Positions 20,187 through 31,590 are shown, counted from the stretch's first letter. The stretch is DNA of 64,000 nt from Nitrososphaeria archaeon (GCA_050011875.1 JBEKIG010000008.1:30158-94157), one strand, 5' to 3'. The notes: generated from the letters alone by a model not told the origin. Numbers and translations: made by a program.

Positions 20187-23100
20187 CTTCCTTGCCTCCT
20201 TGCGTCATAAACAGGTCCACCATACCTGTTCCTACTGGGATAGGCAGCCCTACTATAACACTTTCGGTTACACCCTTCAAATGCTCGGTTTCACCTTTGA
20301 CAGAAGCTTCGGCCAGCGTGGGAACAGTTATTTCGAAGGCGGCTCTTGCTAGAACACTCGCTTTGCCTCCAACTACACCGTGGCGGCCTACCTGCTTAAG
20401 TGAGCCTGTAACAGTCATGAGGTCTGCGACAAGACATATGTGTCTTATATCCACTTCCAACCCCTGCTCCTCCATAGTGTCTCTTACTTCCCTTACCAGA
20501 GCAGATCTCGCAGCTTCGATGCCTAACGTTGACCATATTTCGTAGACGTCATTTGTAGTGGTTCTAGCTGGGTTGACGCCTTCGATCTTCATGACCTTTG
20601 CAAGGTTGGATCCCTTAGTCTGGATAACCCATTCCCCCCCTTCGTGAACCACTGTCGCATCGGTTATGCCCGGTATACCTTTTAGTCTGCTGTTCAAGAT
20701 TTTCGTCTTCATTCTCTGAAGAGATAGAGGATCCGCGCCTTCGGCCATTATTATTAAGGTGTCCTCGCCGACGATCTCAGGCTTCCTCTTGCTGGTCTCT
20801 ATCGCAGCCGCTACATCTTTAGCCTCGACGACGAGGTCGTTCATGGCTTTTACGTCGAGGACTATCGTAATCTGGCCGCTGGGGTCGATCTCACTGCTCT
20901 TTATAACATAGTCTATCTTTGAGAAACGTATCTCTGCGGCGATCCTTTTGGCCACATCCAAATCGTCAGCGAATTCGGATAGGAGGTAAATGTCCATAGT
21001 GGGGGTGGACGGTTGTCTTCTTGCATCAACCAGTTCTATGAGCCTTGGCAGACCCAACGTTATGTCCCTTTCTTTAACGCCGGCAAAGTGGAATGTTCTA
21101 AGCGTCATCTGCGTACTTGGCTCACCTATAGACTGTGCGGCGACGACGCCTACAGCTTCCCCCGGCTCTATCAGCGCTTGCTCAAAAAGCTCTGATGTAC
21201 GCGATATAACACGCTCTGCGCTCGCCTTCGGAAGTTTTGACTTAGATAATTCTGTCTTAAGTTCCTCGATTACTTTCGGATTAAGTGACTGGGCATATTT
21301 TTCGAGGTTTGCTTCAAGATCTTTTTCTTTTATTGCTGCCCCACCTGCTGTGAGCAGTTCTGCTTCAATAAGTCTTTTAACGTTTACGGCTTTGCTGTGG
21401 TCGCTCTTGGAGGGGTCAACGCCGTCTTCACTGTAGAGGAACTGGATTATCGCGCCTTCCGGATCCCTTACAGTTCGGTCGTATTCGACCCTGAGATGTT
21501 CCATTGCGTTGACGAGACGTCTTTGCATGTAACCGCTCTGCTGTGTTCTAACGGCTGTATCAACAAGCCCCTCTCTACCGCCCATTGCGTGGAAGAAGAA
21601 TTCAAGAGCGTTAAGGCCTTCCCTATAGTTTGCCTTAATGAACCCTTTTGCGTCGGGGTTTGTGTCATTTGATTCAAAGTGGCATAAAGTCCTGTATTCA
21701 TAGCCTCTCATAATTCGTTTGCCACGGATGGACTGTTGTCCAAGAGCGGCGGCCATGTGACCTATGTTCAAAGGCGACCCCCTCGCACCCGTCCTCGCCA
21801 TAATGATAGCGCTGTTTTCGTCTGAAAGGTTCTTGTCAGCGACCTTTCCAGCGGCGTCACGCGCTTTGGAAAGTTCGTTGACTATGTAAAGTTCGAGCGC
21901 TTCCTCAGAGGAAAGGCCTCTCATCAGAGTCAGAGTGCCTTCTCTATAACGTTTCTGAAGGTCGTCGATTCTTCCGTAAGCGTCTTTAATCGACTGTTTA
22001 ACGGAGTCCACAACGCTTGGAGGCAGCCAAAAATCGTCGTAACCGATCGTGAATCCTTTGAATGTTATGTAAGCCTTTATAACCCTAAGAATCGAATTAA
22101 GGAAATTTTTTGCCGTCTCACTACCATATTCTTTTACGATCCTATGGAGCACACTGTCCGGTCTTTCAGCACCGATAGAGGCTTTGTCGATAACACCGGA
22201 GACCAGTTCGCCGTCCCTTATAACCACCTGTTTACCGTACCAGCTCGACTTCAACACGTAGTTGAATCCTTCCGGTAGAAAGAGCGAGAACAGCTGTCTT
22301 CCATGATAAAGTTCTTCCGGTTCTTGCTTCGCCGGTTTAGGTATCTTTCCTACATATCCTCCGATTGTAGCGAGATTCACGAACTCCTCCTTTGTTAGGT
22401 ATGAGTCTTCTTTAGTCAGCAAATATGCTCCGGTGATGTAGTCTCTAATAGCGCCTATTATGGGTCCCCCGTATCTCGGAGACAGTATCTGATCCTGAAC
22501 ACGCATCAGCAACTCTGCTTCACATCTTGCTTCCTCTCCCTGTGGCACGTGAAGGTTCATTTCGTCTCCGTCGAAGTCGGCGTTGTATGGAGTGCAAACC
22601 GCTGGATGAAGTCTAAATGTTCTGCCCGGCAGAACCCTTGCGCTGTGCGCCATGATGGACATCCTGTGCAATGAAGGCTGTCTGTTGAAAAGGACGATGT
22701 CTCCGTCTACAAGATGTCTTTCGACAATATATCCTGGACCGAGCGCGGAGGCAACTGCTGCTCTATCCTGAACGTAATCCAGTCTTATTTTTACTCCGTC
22801 TGGGCGTATAATGTAGTTGGCGCCAGGATACTTGTCGCCGTTTGCGACGAGCTGCCTTAGGCGGTCGATGTTCCAGCCTGTAACCTTCTCCGGTATCGTA
22901 AGCTTCTTTGCTACTTCAGCCGGTATGCCCACTTCGTTTATGTCCATGTTTGGATCAGGTGAGATGACCGTACGGCTTGAGAAGTCAACACGTTTTCCTG
23001 AAAGGTTGCCTCTAAACCTTCCCTCCTTACCCTTAAGTCTCTGGCTCAGTGTTCTCAGAGGTCTGCCTGAGCGATGGTGGGCTTGAGGGATGCCGCTGAC

Positions 23101-23961
23101 TTCGTTGTCAAAGTAGGTTGTAACATGGTATTGAACTAGGTCAACGAGGTCTTGAACGATCAGCGGGGGTGAACCGGACTCCTTACTTTCTTTCACACGC
23201 TGATTCGTCCTAAGTATGTCCACAAGCTTGTGGGTTAAATCATCTTCGGACCGGATCCCTGTTTCAAGAATGATTGAAGGACGAACAGTAACAGGGGGAA
23301 CCGGAAGCACCTGAAGGACAAACCACTCCGGTCTAACCTTATCCAATTCGTAGCCCAAGAGAACAAGGTTTTTATCGTTTATTTCTTCAAGCCATGCACG
23401 TATCGAGCTCGCCAACAGTCTAGAAGGGCCTTCGTCTCTAATTTCATAGAACGTTGTTGGCTTCACCAACTGGATTTCGTACTTTACGCTTCCGCAATGA
23501 GGGCACTGTCTTGCCTTCTTTGCTTTTAGTCTGATCTCTCTAGAGATCTTCTCCAACACTTCAGAAGTGATGTACTTTCTGTCCTCGAGCCCTTTCTTGT
23601 ATTCGTTTATTATCTCGTCACTTAATATTACCTTGTGGCAGACACGGCAAGTTGTCTGAAGAATAATGTATATGTCGTCTACGAAGGCGACATGAATTAT
23701 CGGCTCAGCTAATTCGATGTGTCCGAAATGTCCAGGGCATTTTACTGAAGTGTTTCCGCATGTTGCACATTTCTGACCGGGTTCTAGCGTGCCCAGTCTT
23801 GGGTCCATTAAGCCTCCGGGAACAGGAAGTCCGTCCCTGTCGTATGTTTCCGGCGCCATTACTTCAACAACGCTGTACAATCTGACAATTTGAGGAGAAA
23901 ATATCGTAAACTTTATTCCACCAATATTCTTTTGAAGATCTTCGACTGACATTTCAACCAC
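20167..23961 (-). CDS. rpoA1: RNA polymerase largest subunit, fused Rpo1N+Rpo1C (A'A'')
   Basis: YNADFDGDEMN catalytic motif and the A'' motif AQSIGEPSTQMTLRTFH in one 1264-aa ORF. Confidence 0.97.
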   Translation of the reverse strand: MVEMSVEDLQKNIGGIKFTIFSPQIVRLYSVVEVMAPETYDRDGLPVPGGLMDPRLGTLEPGQKCATCGNTSVKCPGHFGHIELAEPIIHVAFVDDIYIILQTTCRVCHKVILSDEIINEYKKGLEDRKYITSEVLEKISREIRLKAKKARQCPHCGSVKYEIQLVKPTTFYEIRDEGPSRLLASSIRAWLEEINDKNLVLLGYELDKVRPEWFVLQVLPVPPVTVRPSIILETGIRSEDDLTHKLVDILRTNQRVKESKESGSPPLIVQDLVDLVQYHVTTYFDNEVSGIPQAHHRSGRPLRTLSQRLKGKEGRFRGNLSGKRVDFSSRTVISPDPNMDINEVGIPAEVAKKLTIPEKVTGWNIDRLRQLVANGDKYPGANYIIRPDGVKIRLDYVQDRAAVASALGPGYIVERHLVDGDIVLFNRQPSLHRMSIMAHSARVLPGRTFRLHPAVCTPYNADFDGDEMNLHVPQGEEARCEAELLMRVQDQILSPRYGGPIIGAIRDYITGAYLLTKEDSYLTKEEFVNLATIGGYVGKIPKPAKQEPEELYHGRQLFSLFLPEGFNYVLKSSWYGKQVVIRDGELVSGVIDKASIGAERPDSVLHRIVKEYGSETAKNFLNSILRVIKAYITFKGFTIGYDDFWLPPSVVDSVKQSIKDAYGRIDDLQKRYREGTLTLMRGLSSEEALELYIVNELSKARDAAGKVADKNLSDENSAIIMARTGARGSPLNIGHMAAALGQQSIRGKRIMRGYEYRTLCHFESNDTNPDAKGFIKANYREGLNALEFFFHAMGGREGLVDTAVRTQQSGYMQRRLVNAMEHLRVEYDRTVRDPEGAIIQFLYSEDGVDPSKSDHSKAVNVKRLIEAELLTAGGAAIKEKDLEANLEKYAQSLNPKVIEELKTELSKSKLPKASAERVISRTSELFEQALIEPGEAVGVVAAQSIGEPSTQMTLRTFHFAGVKERDITLGLPRLIELVDARRQPSTPTMDIYLLSEFADDLDVAKRIAAEIRFSKIDYVIKSSEIDPSGQITIVLDVKAMNDLVVEAKDVAAAIETSKRKPEIVGEDTLIIMAEGADPLSLQRMKTKILNSRLKGIPGITDATVVHEGGEWVIQTKGSNLAKVMKIEGVNPARTTTNDVYEIWSTLGIEAARSALVREVRDTMEEQGLEVDIRHICLVADLMTVTGSLKQVGRHGVVGGKASVLARAAFEITVPTLAEASVKGETEHLKGVTESVIVGLPIPVGTGMVDLFMTQGGKEVGKEDS

Positions 23962-26900
23962 CTAAATTTTATCTTTAAGAAGGACACGGGGTAGTATGTT
24001 AAGACTCATCATTTCCTGCACCAGCAATTTGAAAGCGTACGCCATGGACACTGTAGCTATTTTCGCGTTTGGACCACAGACTCTACAAATGTACTTCCTT
24101 GTCCTCGCATCGAAGTACGCTATTAGACCACAATTTTCACATATGAACACATCTGTCTTGTCTGATTCATCAAGAAGCCTATCCTTTAAAACCATCGACG
24201 TGCCATACGCTATAAGGCAATCACGTTCCATCTCTCCAAACCTTAGGCCTCCGCCTCTTGATCTTCCTTCGGTCGGCTGTTTTGTAAGCATCTGTACCTG
24301 ACCTCTTGCTCTGGCATGAATCTTATCCGCAACCATATGGTGCAGCTTCTGATAATAGACTACACCGACAAAGATTTCGGCCGGGTATTTTCTTCCGGTT
24401 CTCCCATCATACATAACCTCCTTGCCCGTATTCACGAATCCGAGTTCCTTCAGCTGGCCCTCTATCGAGTCCACCGTCTCGCCACAGAACGTTGAGCCGT
24501 CAACCTGCGCCCCTCTTAATGAGCCGGCCTTTCCTCCCATCGATTCAATGAACTGTCCCACGGTCATCCTTGAAGGGAATGCGTGGGGGTTGAGGATAAT
24601 GTCTGGAATAACCCCTTCTTCAGTGTAAGGTAGATCTTCTGGGTTCGCTAGAAGACCGAGGATACCCTTTTGACCGTGTCTGGACGCAAACTTGTCGCCT
24701 ATCTCAGGAACACGCATGTCTCTTACCTTAATCTTGAACATCTTTCCTCCTTCAACATTGACCGACATTATTATGGAGTCTACGATGCCCGTCTCCGAAG
24801 GCCTCACAGATACTGAGGTGTCTCTCATATACGGGCCGCTGACCTCTATCTCCCTATATTCTTCGGTAAAACGTGGCGGGCTTGTTCTTCCGATCAGAAC
24901 ATCGCCGCCTGAGACATTCGCTTCCGGGAAGAGGGCACCATCGGATTCCAGAAGACGATAGAACTTATCGCCGCGGTATCCCTTTATGTTGGCGTCAGGG
25001 TTTGGCACTTCAAATCGGTCCTTCATTCCTCCTAGGTAGAGCTGCGCCTCCGCATCATAGAGTCTGAAGAAGAATGTCCTTCCGAATCCTCTTTCCACAG
25101 AAGACTTGTTCATCACGATGGCGTCTTCGATGTTGTAACCTTCATAGGACATAACTGCGACCACAGCGTTTTGCCCTAGGGGCCTATCGTTCAAGTTCAG
25201 CATTTCGAATGAGCCTGTTGTCACCATAGGCTTTTGAGGGTAGACCAGAAGATGGGCTCTGACGTTCATCGTATTTTTATAAATCGGCGATGGGAAGCCA
25301 AGCGCCTGTTTTGCCATGGCGCTTTCATAAGTGTTTCTCGGCGATTGGTTGTGCTCTGCATATGGTATTATTGAGGCTACTGCGCCAAGCATGCCGGTCA
25401 TAGAGATCTCTAAATGACTGTGCTTAGAGTTAAGCTGGTCTGGTTTCGTCGCAATAAGGCAATTTTCTTCCTCGTTAGCGTCAATGAGTTCGAGTTCACC
25501 CTTCTTCAAGAGCTCTCTCCAAGATATTTTTTCTTTCAGAGCTTCTTCCAGGTCTTCCTTTTTTAAGAGAGGCGAACCGTTCTTAGTTACAATAAGCGGT
25601 CTCAAGACTCTGCCTGAATAGGCGTTGATGTAAATTCTTGTTTCCGCTTTCGGGTTTTGTGGAAACTTAAGGTATATGCTCACATCACTGTTGATCAACG
25701 CATTTCTCCTCATGTTCCTGAACTCGCTGCAGAATTCTTCAGGATTCATAACGTAGCCTGATAAGCTGCTGTCCAAGAACACCCTTGCGCCGGCCATTTT
25801 GACTTCATTGGAAGCATCTTTATATGATATGAGCCCTATCTGTGATATGACGTTGAAAATTTCTCTGGGATCCGCTGAAACAGATATTACCGCTGAAAGC
25901 GCGAGGTTCTTTACTAATCCACAGTTTGAGCCTTCAGGGGTCTCACACGGGCATATTCTCCCGAAATGTGTAGGATGAAGGTCTCTTGCCTCAAAGTTGG
26001 GCTGGCTTCTGGATAGAGGTGACTGAATTCTTCTTAGATGGCTGATTGTTGAAAGGTAGTTCGTCCTATCGAGCAGCTGGGTTATACCCACCTTGCCTCT
26101 TCCCCAGTTTCCTGTAGCTATCGCGTTCCTAAGCTTGTCAGTTATTATACCCGGCCTAATTGCTACGTTTACTACTCCGATCCCCCTTTTCTGTCCTGAA
26201 TGCTCTAGCTGGTATTTCATATCCTTTATCAGGTTTCTGAAGCACGTTCTGAACAGGTCGGCTAAAAGCTGACCCGAGAGACGGATAACTTTGTTACCGT
26301 AATGGTCCTTATCGTCTGAATTAATCCACCCAAGCTTGTATTCGAGAAGCTTGCAGACAGATTCACCTATGAAAAGAGCCTTGTCCAAACGGTTCTGTGT
26401 AGACTTCCCAAGGTGCGGTAGCAGCCCCCAATCGAGAACGTTTTCAGCCCGTTTAACCCGGTACTCCTCCTGTAATCCATGAGCAACTCTGTTCCCTAGG
26501 TATACGAGTGCATCGTTGATGGTGACAACTTCGCTACTTTTATCAAATGTGGGCCCTAGGAAGTCTTGGATCTCAGATTTTAGCGAAATCGACTCAACAA
26601 TTTCTTTATCCGATTCCACACCCAGCGCTCTCATCAGGACGACAACTGGAATGTCGGTGGGAACATTTGAGAATCTGGCGTAGATGACGCCGTCTTGATG
26701 CAGAGATATTTCCAGCTTTGACCTGTACCCTACGACAGACGAATAGACGGTTGCAGTGGATATATTAACTCCACCCTGCTTCTTTACGTCGACAAGAATC
26801 TTGTTAGGTGCAAGATCTTCAAGTCCTACAATAACACGTTCTGAACCATTGATTATGAAGTAACCTCCAGGGTCCAGATAATCTTCACCTTCTTCGATGA

Positions 26901-27345
26901 GCTCTTCGTAAGACTTCTTAGACAGCGTGCAGAGCTCCGATTTAACCATAACGGGGAGGTCGCCGATGTACAAATATTGAGAGTCCGTAACAATTCCATT
27001 CGACAGGATCTTCATCTCAAGCTCTATAGGCGACGAATATGTCAGGTTCCTCATTCGCGCCTCCATTGGCGATACAGAGGTTTTGGAAGCGTCGTGTTCG
27101 GTTACTCTTGGTAAACCGATGCGAACCTTTCCAAACTGCACAGTGTACGGGTTCGTCAACGTCTCAACATCTATTTTCGCTATTTCGTCAACGATCACCT
27201 GAACGCCATATCTTATGAATTCGTTGTATGAGTTTATGTGCTGTCTAGCGATACCTTCTTCTTCTACGACCTTCTTTAAGAGAGGCCATAAGTCTTGAGA
27301 TTTCTTTTCAACCAACCCTATCACTCTTTCAACCAATCCTATCAC
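23962..27345 (-). CDS. rpoB: RNA polymerase subunit B (Rpo2), unsplit
   Basis: GGYFIINGSERV, GDKFASRHGQKG, GLRFGEMERD. Confidence 0.98.
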   Translation of the reverse strand: MIGLVERVIGLVEKKSQDLWPLLKKVVEEEGIARQHINSYNEFIRYGVQVIVDEIAKIDVETLTNPYTVQFGKVRIGLPRVTEHDASKTSVSPMEARMRNLTYSSPIELEMKILSNGIVTDSQYLYIGDLPVMVKSELCTLSKKSYEELIEEGEDYLDPGGYFIINGSERVIVGLEDLAPNKILVDVKKQGGVNISTATVYSSVVGYRSKLEISLHQDGVIYARFSNVPTDIPVVVLMRALGVESDKEIVESISLKSEIQDFLGPTFDKSSEVVTINDALVYLGNRVAHGLQEEYRVKRAENVLDWGLLPHLGKSTQNRLDKALFIGESVCKLLEYKLGWINSDDKDHYGNKVIRLSGQLLADLFRTCFRNLIKDMKYQLEHSGQKRGIGVVNVAIRPGIITDKLRNAIATGNWGRGKVGITQLLDRTNYLSTISHLRRIQSPLSRSQPNFEARDLHPTHFGRICPCETPEGSNCGLVKNLALSAVISVSADPREIFNVISQIGLISYKDASNEVKMAGARVFLDSSLSGYVMNPEEFCSEFRNMRRNALINSDVSIYLKFPQNPKAETRIYINAYSGRVLRPLIVTKNGSPLLKKEDLEEALKEKISWRELLKKGELELIDANEEENCLIATKPDQLNSKHSHLEISMTGMLGAVASIIPYAEHNQSPRNTYESAMAKQALGFPSPIYKNTMNVRAHLLVYPQKPMVTTGSFEMLNLNDRPLGQNAVVAVMSYEGYNIEDAIVMNKSSVERGFGRTFFFRLYDAEAQLYLGGMKDRFEVPNPDANIKGYRGDKFYRLLESDGALFPEANVSGGDVLIGRTSPPRFTEEYREIEVSGPYMRDTSVSVRPSETGIVDSIIMSVNVEGGKMFKIKVRDMRVPEIGDKFASRHGQKGILGLLANPEDLPYTEEGVIPDIILNPHAFPSRMTVGQFIESMGGKAGSLRGAQVDGSTFCGETVDSIEGQLKELGFVNTGKEVMYDGRTGRKYPAEIFVGVVYYQKLHHMVADKIHARARGQVQMLTKQPTEGRSRGGGLRFGEMERDCLIAYGTSMVLKDRLLDESDKTDVFICENCGLIAYFDARTRKYICRVCGPNAKIATVSMAYAFKLLVQEMMSLNILPRVLLKDKI

Positions 27346-27596
27346 TCTATAACATACCTGTAGTAGGATACTACTCCGGAAACTTCACTTTTCCTAGTTA
27401 TCTTAATGATGTCTCCAGGCTTGACACCAAGTTCTCTTATCGCGGGATCTAATGAAAAAATGTATGGAAGCTGGTGGGGCTTGATGTGGAACGTATCCAG
27501 AATCTTCTGAGCTTCCTCAGCCGATAATATCTCGTGCTTTGGTACGAGAACGTGATCCGATATCAAAAAATCCTTCTTCTCTGTTTTTTTACTCAT
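27342..27596 (-). CDS. rpoH: RNA polymerase subunit H (Rpo5)
   Basis: HVLVPKHE, QLP.I...DP, YRYV. Confidence 0.96.
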   Translation of the reverse strand: MSKKTEKKDFLISDHVLVPKHEILSAEEAQKILDTFHIKPHQLPYIFSLDPAIRELGVKPGDIIKITRKSEVSGVVSYYRYVIE

Positions 27597-27709
27597 ATAT
27601 AAAAACCTCTATGTAGAGGAAAAGAATAAATTTCCATTTAAAAATACCTAAGGAACCCTTAGATGACGGTTATTTAAATGTTACCATATTCTGCTAAACG
27701 AAGGCAATG

Positions 27710-29989
27710 TTATGAACAGGCGCTGTAACCGCACGCTGGACAACTCAGGCATCCTTCGGAATATTGTACCGGCGCACCGCATTCAGGGCAGGTCGGTGGC
27801 ATACCGTTGAGAAAGTCTTTACGCTCTACGTTCGCATCATCGTTTGAATCCTTCTCCTCGCCCCTTGTTGATGAGGATCCGGAATATTTCAGCAGAGATT
27901 CCTGTTCTTTGAGTCGTCCGTCAAGACGCATTTCCATCGTCAACGATATCGCATGTGAACATGAAAGAATCTGAACGCCTTCGCTCCAAGTTGGGATAGG
28001 ACACCTTATGCCTTTAAGCTGTTCGACGATCGCTCGAGGGTCGACACCACTTCTTAAGGAAAGCGAGACGAGCCTGCTCAGGCCTTCCGCGAAACTGTTC
28101 ATACATCCACCAGACTTACCCATGGTCGTGAAGACTTCACATAAACCGTTTTCATCTTCGTTAATTGTGACATACAGGTTGCCGCAGCCTGTCCGAATCT
28201 TGTACGTGAATCCTCTTGTGATCGGGGGGCGATCCCTAGGCTTAGTCACAGTCTTCTCTTTCAATTCGCCGAGGCCGAAGCTTATTACCTGAGTATCCTT
28301 GCTTTTGTCTCGATAGATTGTTACACCCTTGCATCCCAGATCGTGCGCTAAAAGGTATATCCTTGCCACGTCTTCTTTGGTCGCATCGCTTTCAAGATTA
28401 ACCGTCTTGGACACCGCGTTATCTACATATTTCTGGAACGCGGCCTGTATTCTGACATGCGTCTCCGGAGCGATGTCATGAGCGCTCACAAAGATTTTTT
28501 GGACATCTTCAGGTATAGACTCCATCCCCCTTACAGAGCCTTTTTCAGCAACTTTCTTCATAACATCTTCGGTGTAGAAACCCTTTGCTCTAGCATATTT
28601 TTCAAAGTGCGGGTTGACTTCAACTAAATCAGCTCCATCGAGCACGTGCTTGACGTAGACGACAGAGAAGATGGGCTCGATGCCGCTTGAACAGCCTGCG
28701 ATCATGCTTATTGTACCGGTCGGAGCGATGGTAGTAATAGTAGCGTTCCTCAAATAGGGATACTTACCAAAAAATGTGCTCTTCTCAAAATTGGGAAAAC
28801 TCCCCTTCTCATTCCCCAAAGCCACCGAACAAGCTCTAGCCTCATCTGAAATAAATCTCATGACATCATCCGCTACTTTAAGAGCTTCATCGCTGTCGTA
28901 AGCGATCTCCAAAAGAATCAGCATATCAGCGAACCCCATCACACCTAAACCAATCTTCCTGTTTCCCTTAGTCATCCGCTCAATTTCCTCCAAAGGATAC
29001 TTGTTCACATCAATCACGTCATCGAGGAAGCGCACCGAAGACCAGACAACCCTCCTTAACCTATCAAAATCGATCACAAACCTGCCCTCCACTTCACTAG
29101 CCATCAAAGTAAGATTGATCGATCCCAAATTACATGACTCATAAGGCAAAAGTGGCTGTTCTCCACATGGGTTTGTGCTCTCTATCTGCTCTATGGACTG
29201 AAGGGAGTTTGCTTTGTTTATCTGGTCAATGAAAATTATCCCTGGGTCACCGGTGGCCCACGCTGTTTCTACTATTAAGTTAAAGACGTCCTTTGCTTTC
29301 TCATTCTTTACAGGCTGGTTTGTTCTCGGGTTTATTAGTTGATATTCTTCATCGGCTCTCATCTTCTTCATGAAGTCATCGGTGACCGATACTGAAATGT
29401 TAAAATTCGTGAACGACCTCTTATCAAGTTTGCATATAACAAAAGATCTTATGTCTGGATGGTCGATTCTGAGAACTCCCATATTTGCGCCTCTCCTTGT
29501 GCCACCTTGTTTTATTGCTTCAGTAGCGGAGTCAAACACCCTCATAAAAGAGACTGGGCCGCTTGATACCCCTCTTGTCGACTTGACGATGTCATTAGCA
29601 GGTCTAAGCCTTGAAAAAGAGAAACCTGTTCCGCCACCACTTTTATGGATGAGCGCCGCATTCTTTACTGCGTCAAAAATGCCTTCCATCGAGTCTTCCA
29701 CTGGAAGGACAAAGCATGCTGAGAGTTGTCCAAGCGGGCGCCCGGCGTTCATCAAAGTCGGGCTGTTAGGTAAAAATTCTAGATCAACCATCATCCTATA
29801 GAATTCATTCGCTATAAGGCCGATTTCTTCATCATTTTTTCCGTGTAATTTTTCAGCTGAAGCAACTGTCTTAGCTACACGTAAGAACATTTCTTCCGGA
29901 GTCTCGATAGTGTGCCCATTTTCATCCTTTGCCAAATATCTTTTCTCCAAAATGGTCAGCGAGTTATCGGAGAGTTTTATTTGTTCCAA
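27710..29989 (-). CDS. nrdJ: Class II (B12-dependent) ribonucleotide reductase with C-terminal TSCPD and zinc ribbon
   Basis: PNSPTLMNAG, LSACFV, TNPCGEQ, TIAPTGT, C-terminal CPEC...CLSCPACGYSAC. Confidence 0.95.
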   Translation of the reverse strand: MEQIKLSDNSLTILEKRYLAKDENGHTIETPEEMFLRVAKTVASAEKLHGKNDEEIGLIANEFYRMMVDLEFLPNSPTLMNAGRPLGQLSACFVLPVEDSMEGIFDAVKNAALIHKSGGGTGFSFSRLRPANDIVKSTRGVSSGPVSFMRVFDSATEAIKQGGTRRGANMGVLRIDHPDIRSFVICKLDKRSFTNFNISVSVTDDFMKKMRADEEYQLINPRTNQPVKNEKAKDVFNLIVETAWATGDPGIIFIDQINKANSLQSIEQIESTNPCGEQPLLPYESCNLGSINLTLMASEVEGRFVIDFDRLRRVVWSSVRFLDDVIDVNKYPLEEIERMTKGNRKIGLGVMGFADMLILLEIAYDSDEALKVADDVMRFISDEARACSVALGNEKGSFPNFEKSTFFGKYPYLRNATITTIAPTGTISMIAGCSSGIEPIFSVVYVKHVLDGADLVEVNPHFEKYARAKGFYTEDVMKKVAEKGSVRGMESIPEDVQKIFVSAHDIAPETHVRIQAAFQKYVDNAVSKTVNLESDATKEDVARIYLLAHDLGCKGVTIYRDKSKDTQVISFGLGELKEKTVTKPRDRPPITRGFTYKIRTGCGNLYVTINEDENGLCEVFTTMGKSGGCMNSFAEGLSRLVSLSLRSGVDPRAIVEQLKGIRCPIPTWSEGVQILSCSHAISLTMEMRLDGRLKEQESLLKYSGSSSTRGEEKDSNDDANVERKDFLNGMPPTCPECGAPVQYSEGCLSCPACGYSACS

Positions 29990-30271
29990 GCAAACCTAAA
30001 CGTCTGCTATGTTGCATAATTAACTTTTGTGTTCGAAATAATTGACTAAAATTACATCAGAACATTCTTGGTTGCTCTGGAGGGTAAAAAAGTTTTGATA
30101 AAAATTACTAATACTGGAAAGACATTTATATTTCAGAAAAATGTGATAAATTGCAATCACTTAATGAAATATGTATAGCATATTTGGTTACGTTGCATCT
30201 TTTGGAATTGACTGTTTTATGCTCGTACTATTTAACCTGAACACGTACGATCAAACTCTTTAAAGTTAAAC

Positions 30272-31331
30272 TTAAATTCTTGCCTTCTGAAATGCTAAAG
30301 CTACACCTTCATTTGTTAAAACTCCGATAACTTTGGTTTCATCAGATCTGTCAACTACGGGTACAAGATCTAGCTTTTCCTGTTGCATAACCTTATAGGC
30401 TTCCGTGACCGGCTCGTCACAGAAGACATATACTTTCTTTAACGGAAATTGGTTCAATCGAAATCCATTCCTCTCTTCAGGCTTTTTCTTAATTTCTTCC
30501 CAACTCACTACCCTCTGCATAATGTTATCCTTTATCACAATTATATCATGATATTTTGCTTTGAACATGATTTCTACAGCTTCCGCAAGTGTAGTTTCTG
30601 GGCTAGATGCGACCACTTCGGTGTACATAACGTCTATTACTCTTATATTCTTCATAGACGTAGATAGGATTGTCGATTCGGCTTCTTCTGCTGCACCTAC
30701 ATATACAAACAAACCGATGATAATCAACCAGAAATTTGTAAAGGCTCCAAGGAAAGCCATAGCTATGCCAAAAAATTTTCCGATAGTAGTCGCGTACCGT
30801 GTTGCGTCTGAAAAATCCATTCTTTCAGCCAGAATTGCTCTAAGCACCCTTCCGCCATCCATTGGGAATGCAGGAATTAGGTTAAATGCTGCTAAAACAA
30901 TGTTTATAGCCCCTAGGTCTAGAGGAAGATTTTTGGTGGGAGTTAAATTTAAGAGAGAAAAGGAAGGGAGTTTCCCACCAGATATAATCAGCCCGAGTGC
31001 TAGTAGTAGTAGACCCAAAATCAGGCTTGTTAAAGGTCCAGCGATAGCCATCCTCCATTCCACTCTAGGATTGTCTGGAATCTGATCTATTTGAGATGCC
31101 CCCCCCAATGGGATAAAGGATAATCTTTCTAACTCTTATACCATAATGTCTAGTAATCGTTGAATGAGATACTTCGTGTGCCACAACCGAAATAAAAAGA
31201 AATACTGTGAGGATGAAAAGGTAAAGGTCCGGATAGGAAAAAATAAGCACAAAAACCATTAACAATATAAATGTGATATGAAGTTCTATAGGAATACCCC
31301 AGATAGTAAGGACTCTAAATGAATACTTCAC
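30272..31331 (-). pseudogene. Site-2 (M50) membrane metalloprotease with CBS pair, frameshifted in a G8 tract
   Basis: HEVSH in 31065-31331; NLIPAFPMDGG plus CBS in 30272-31108; the halves join as PIGGASQI if one G of the 31099-31106 run is removed. Confidence 0.85.
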
Positions 31332-31459
31332 AAATAATAGAGGTCTAATAAATTTATAAGTCTTTTGAATCTTCAGAAGTTTTCCAGATTCAAAGCGATT
31401 TACATATATAAATTAAAATATATAACTTGTTTTCTCTTAATTAATTATCACTTTATATA

Positions 31460-31581
31460 TCATTTCCAGGATGATGCCTGCGACTATTCCAATTAAAATA
31501 GGGCCGATAATCGGCAACCAGCTGAGTATGACCATGAACATGAAGCCAGCGCTTATTCCGCCCTTAACAGTCAAACCTTTT
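31460..31581 (-). pseudogene. Fragment of a DUF5518-like small membrane protein
   Basis: GGISAGFMFMVILSWLPIIGPILIGIVAGII. Confidence 0.45.
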
Positions 31582-31590
31582 AATAATATT

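Noticed and set aside
206-29801. Many antisense or alternate-frame ORFs overlapping core genes (e.g. 4543-5355, 20990-21436, 29370-29801)
   Set aside because: Shadow ORFs of well-supported genes with no motifs of their own
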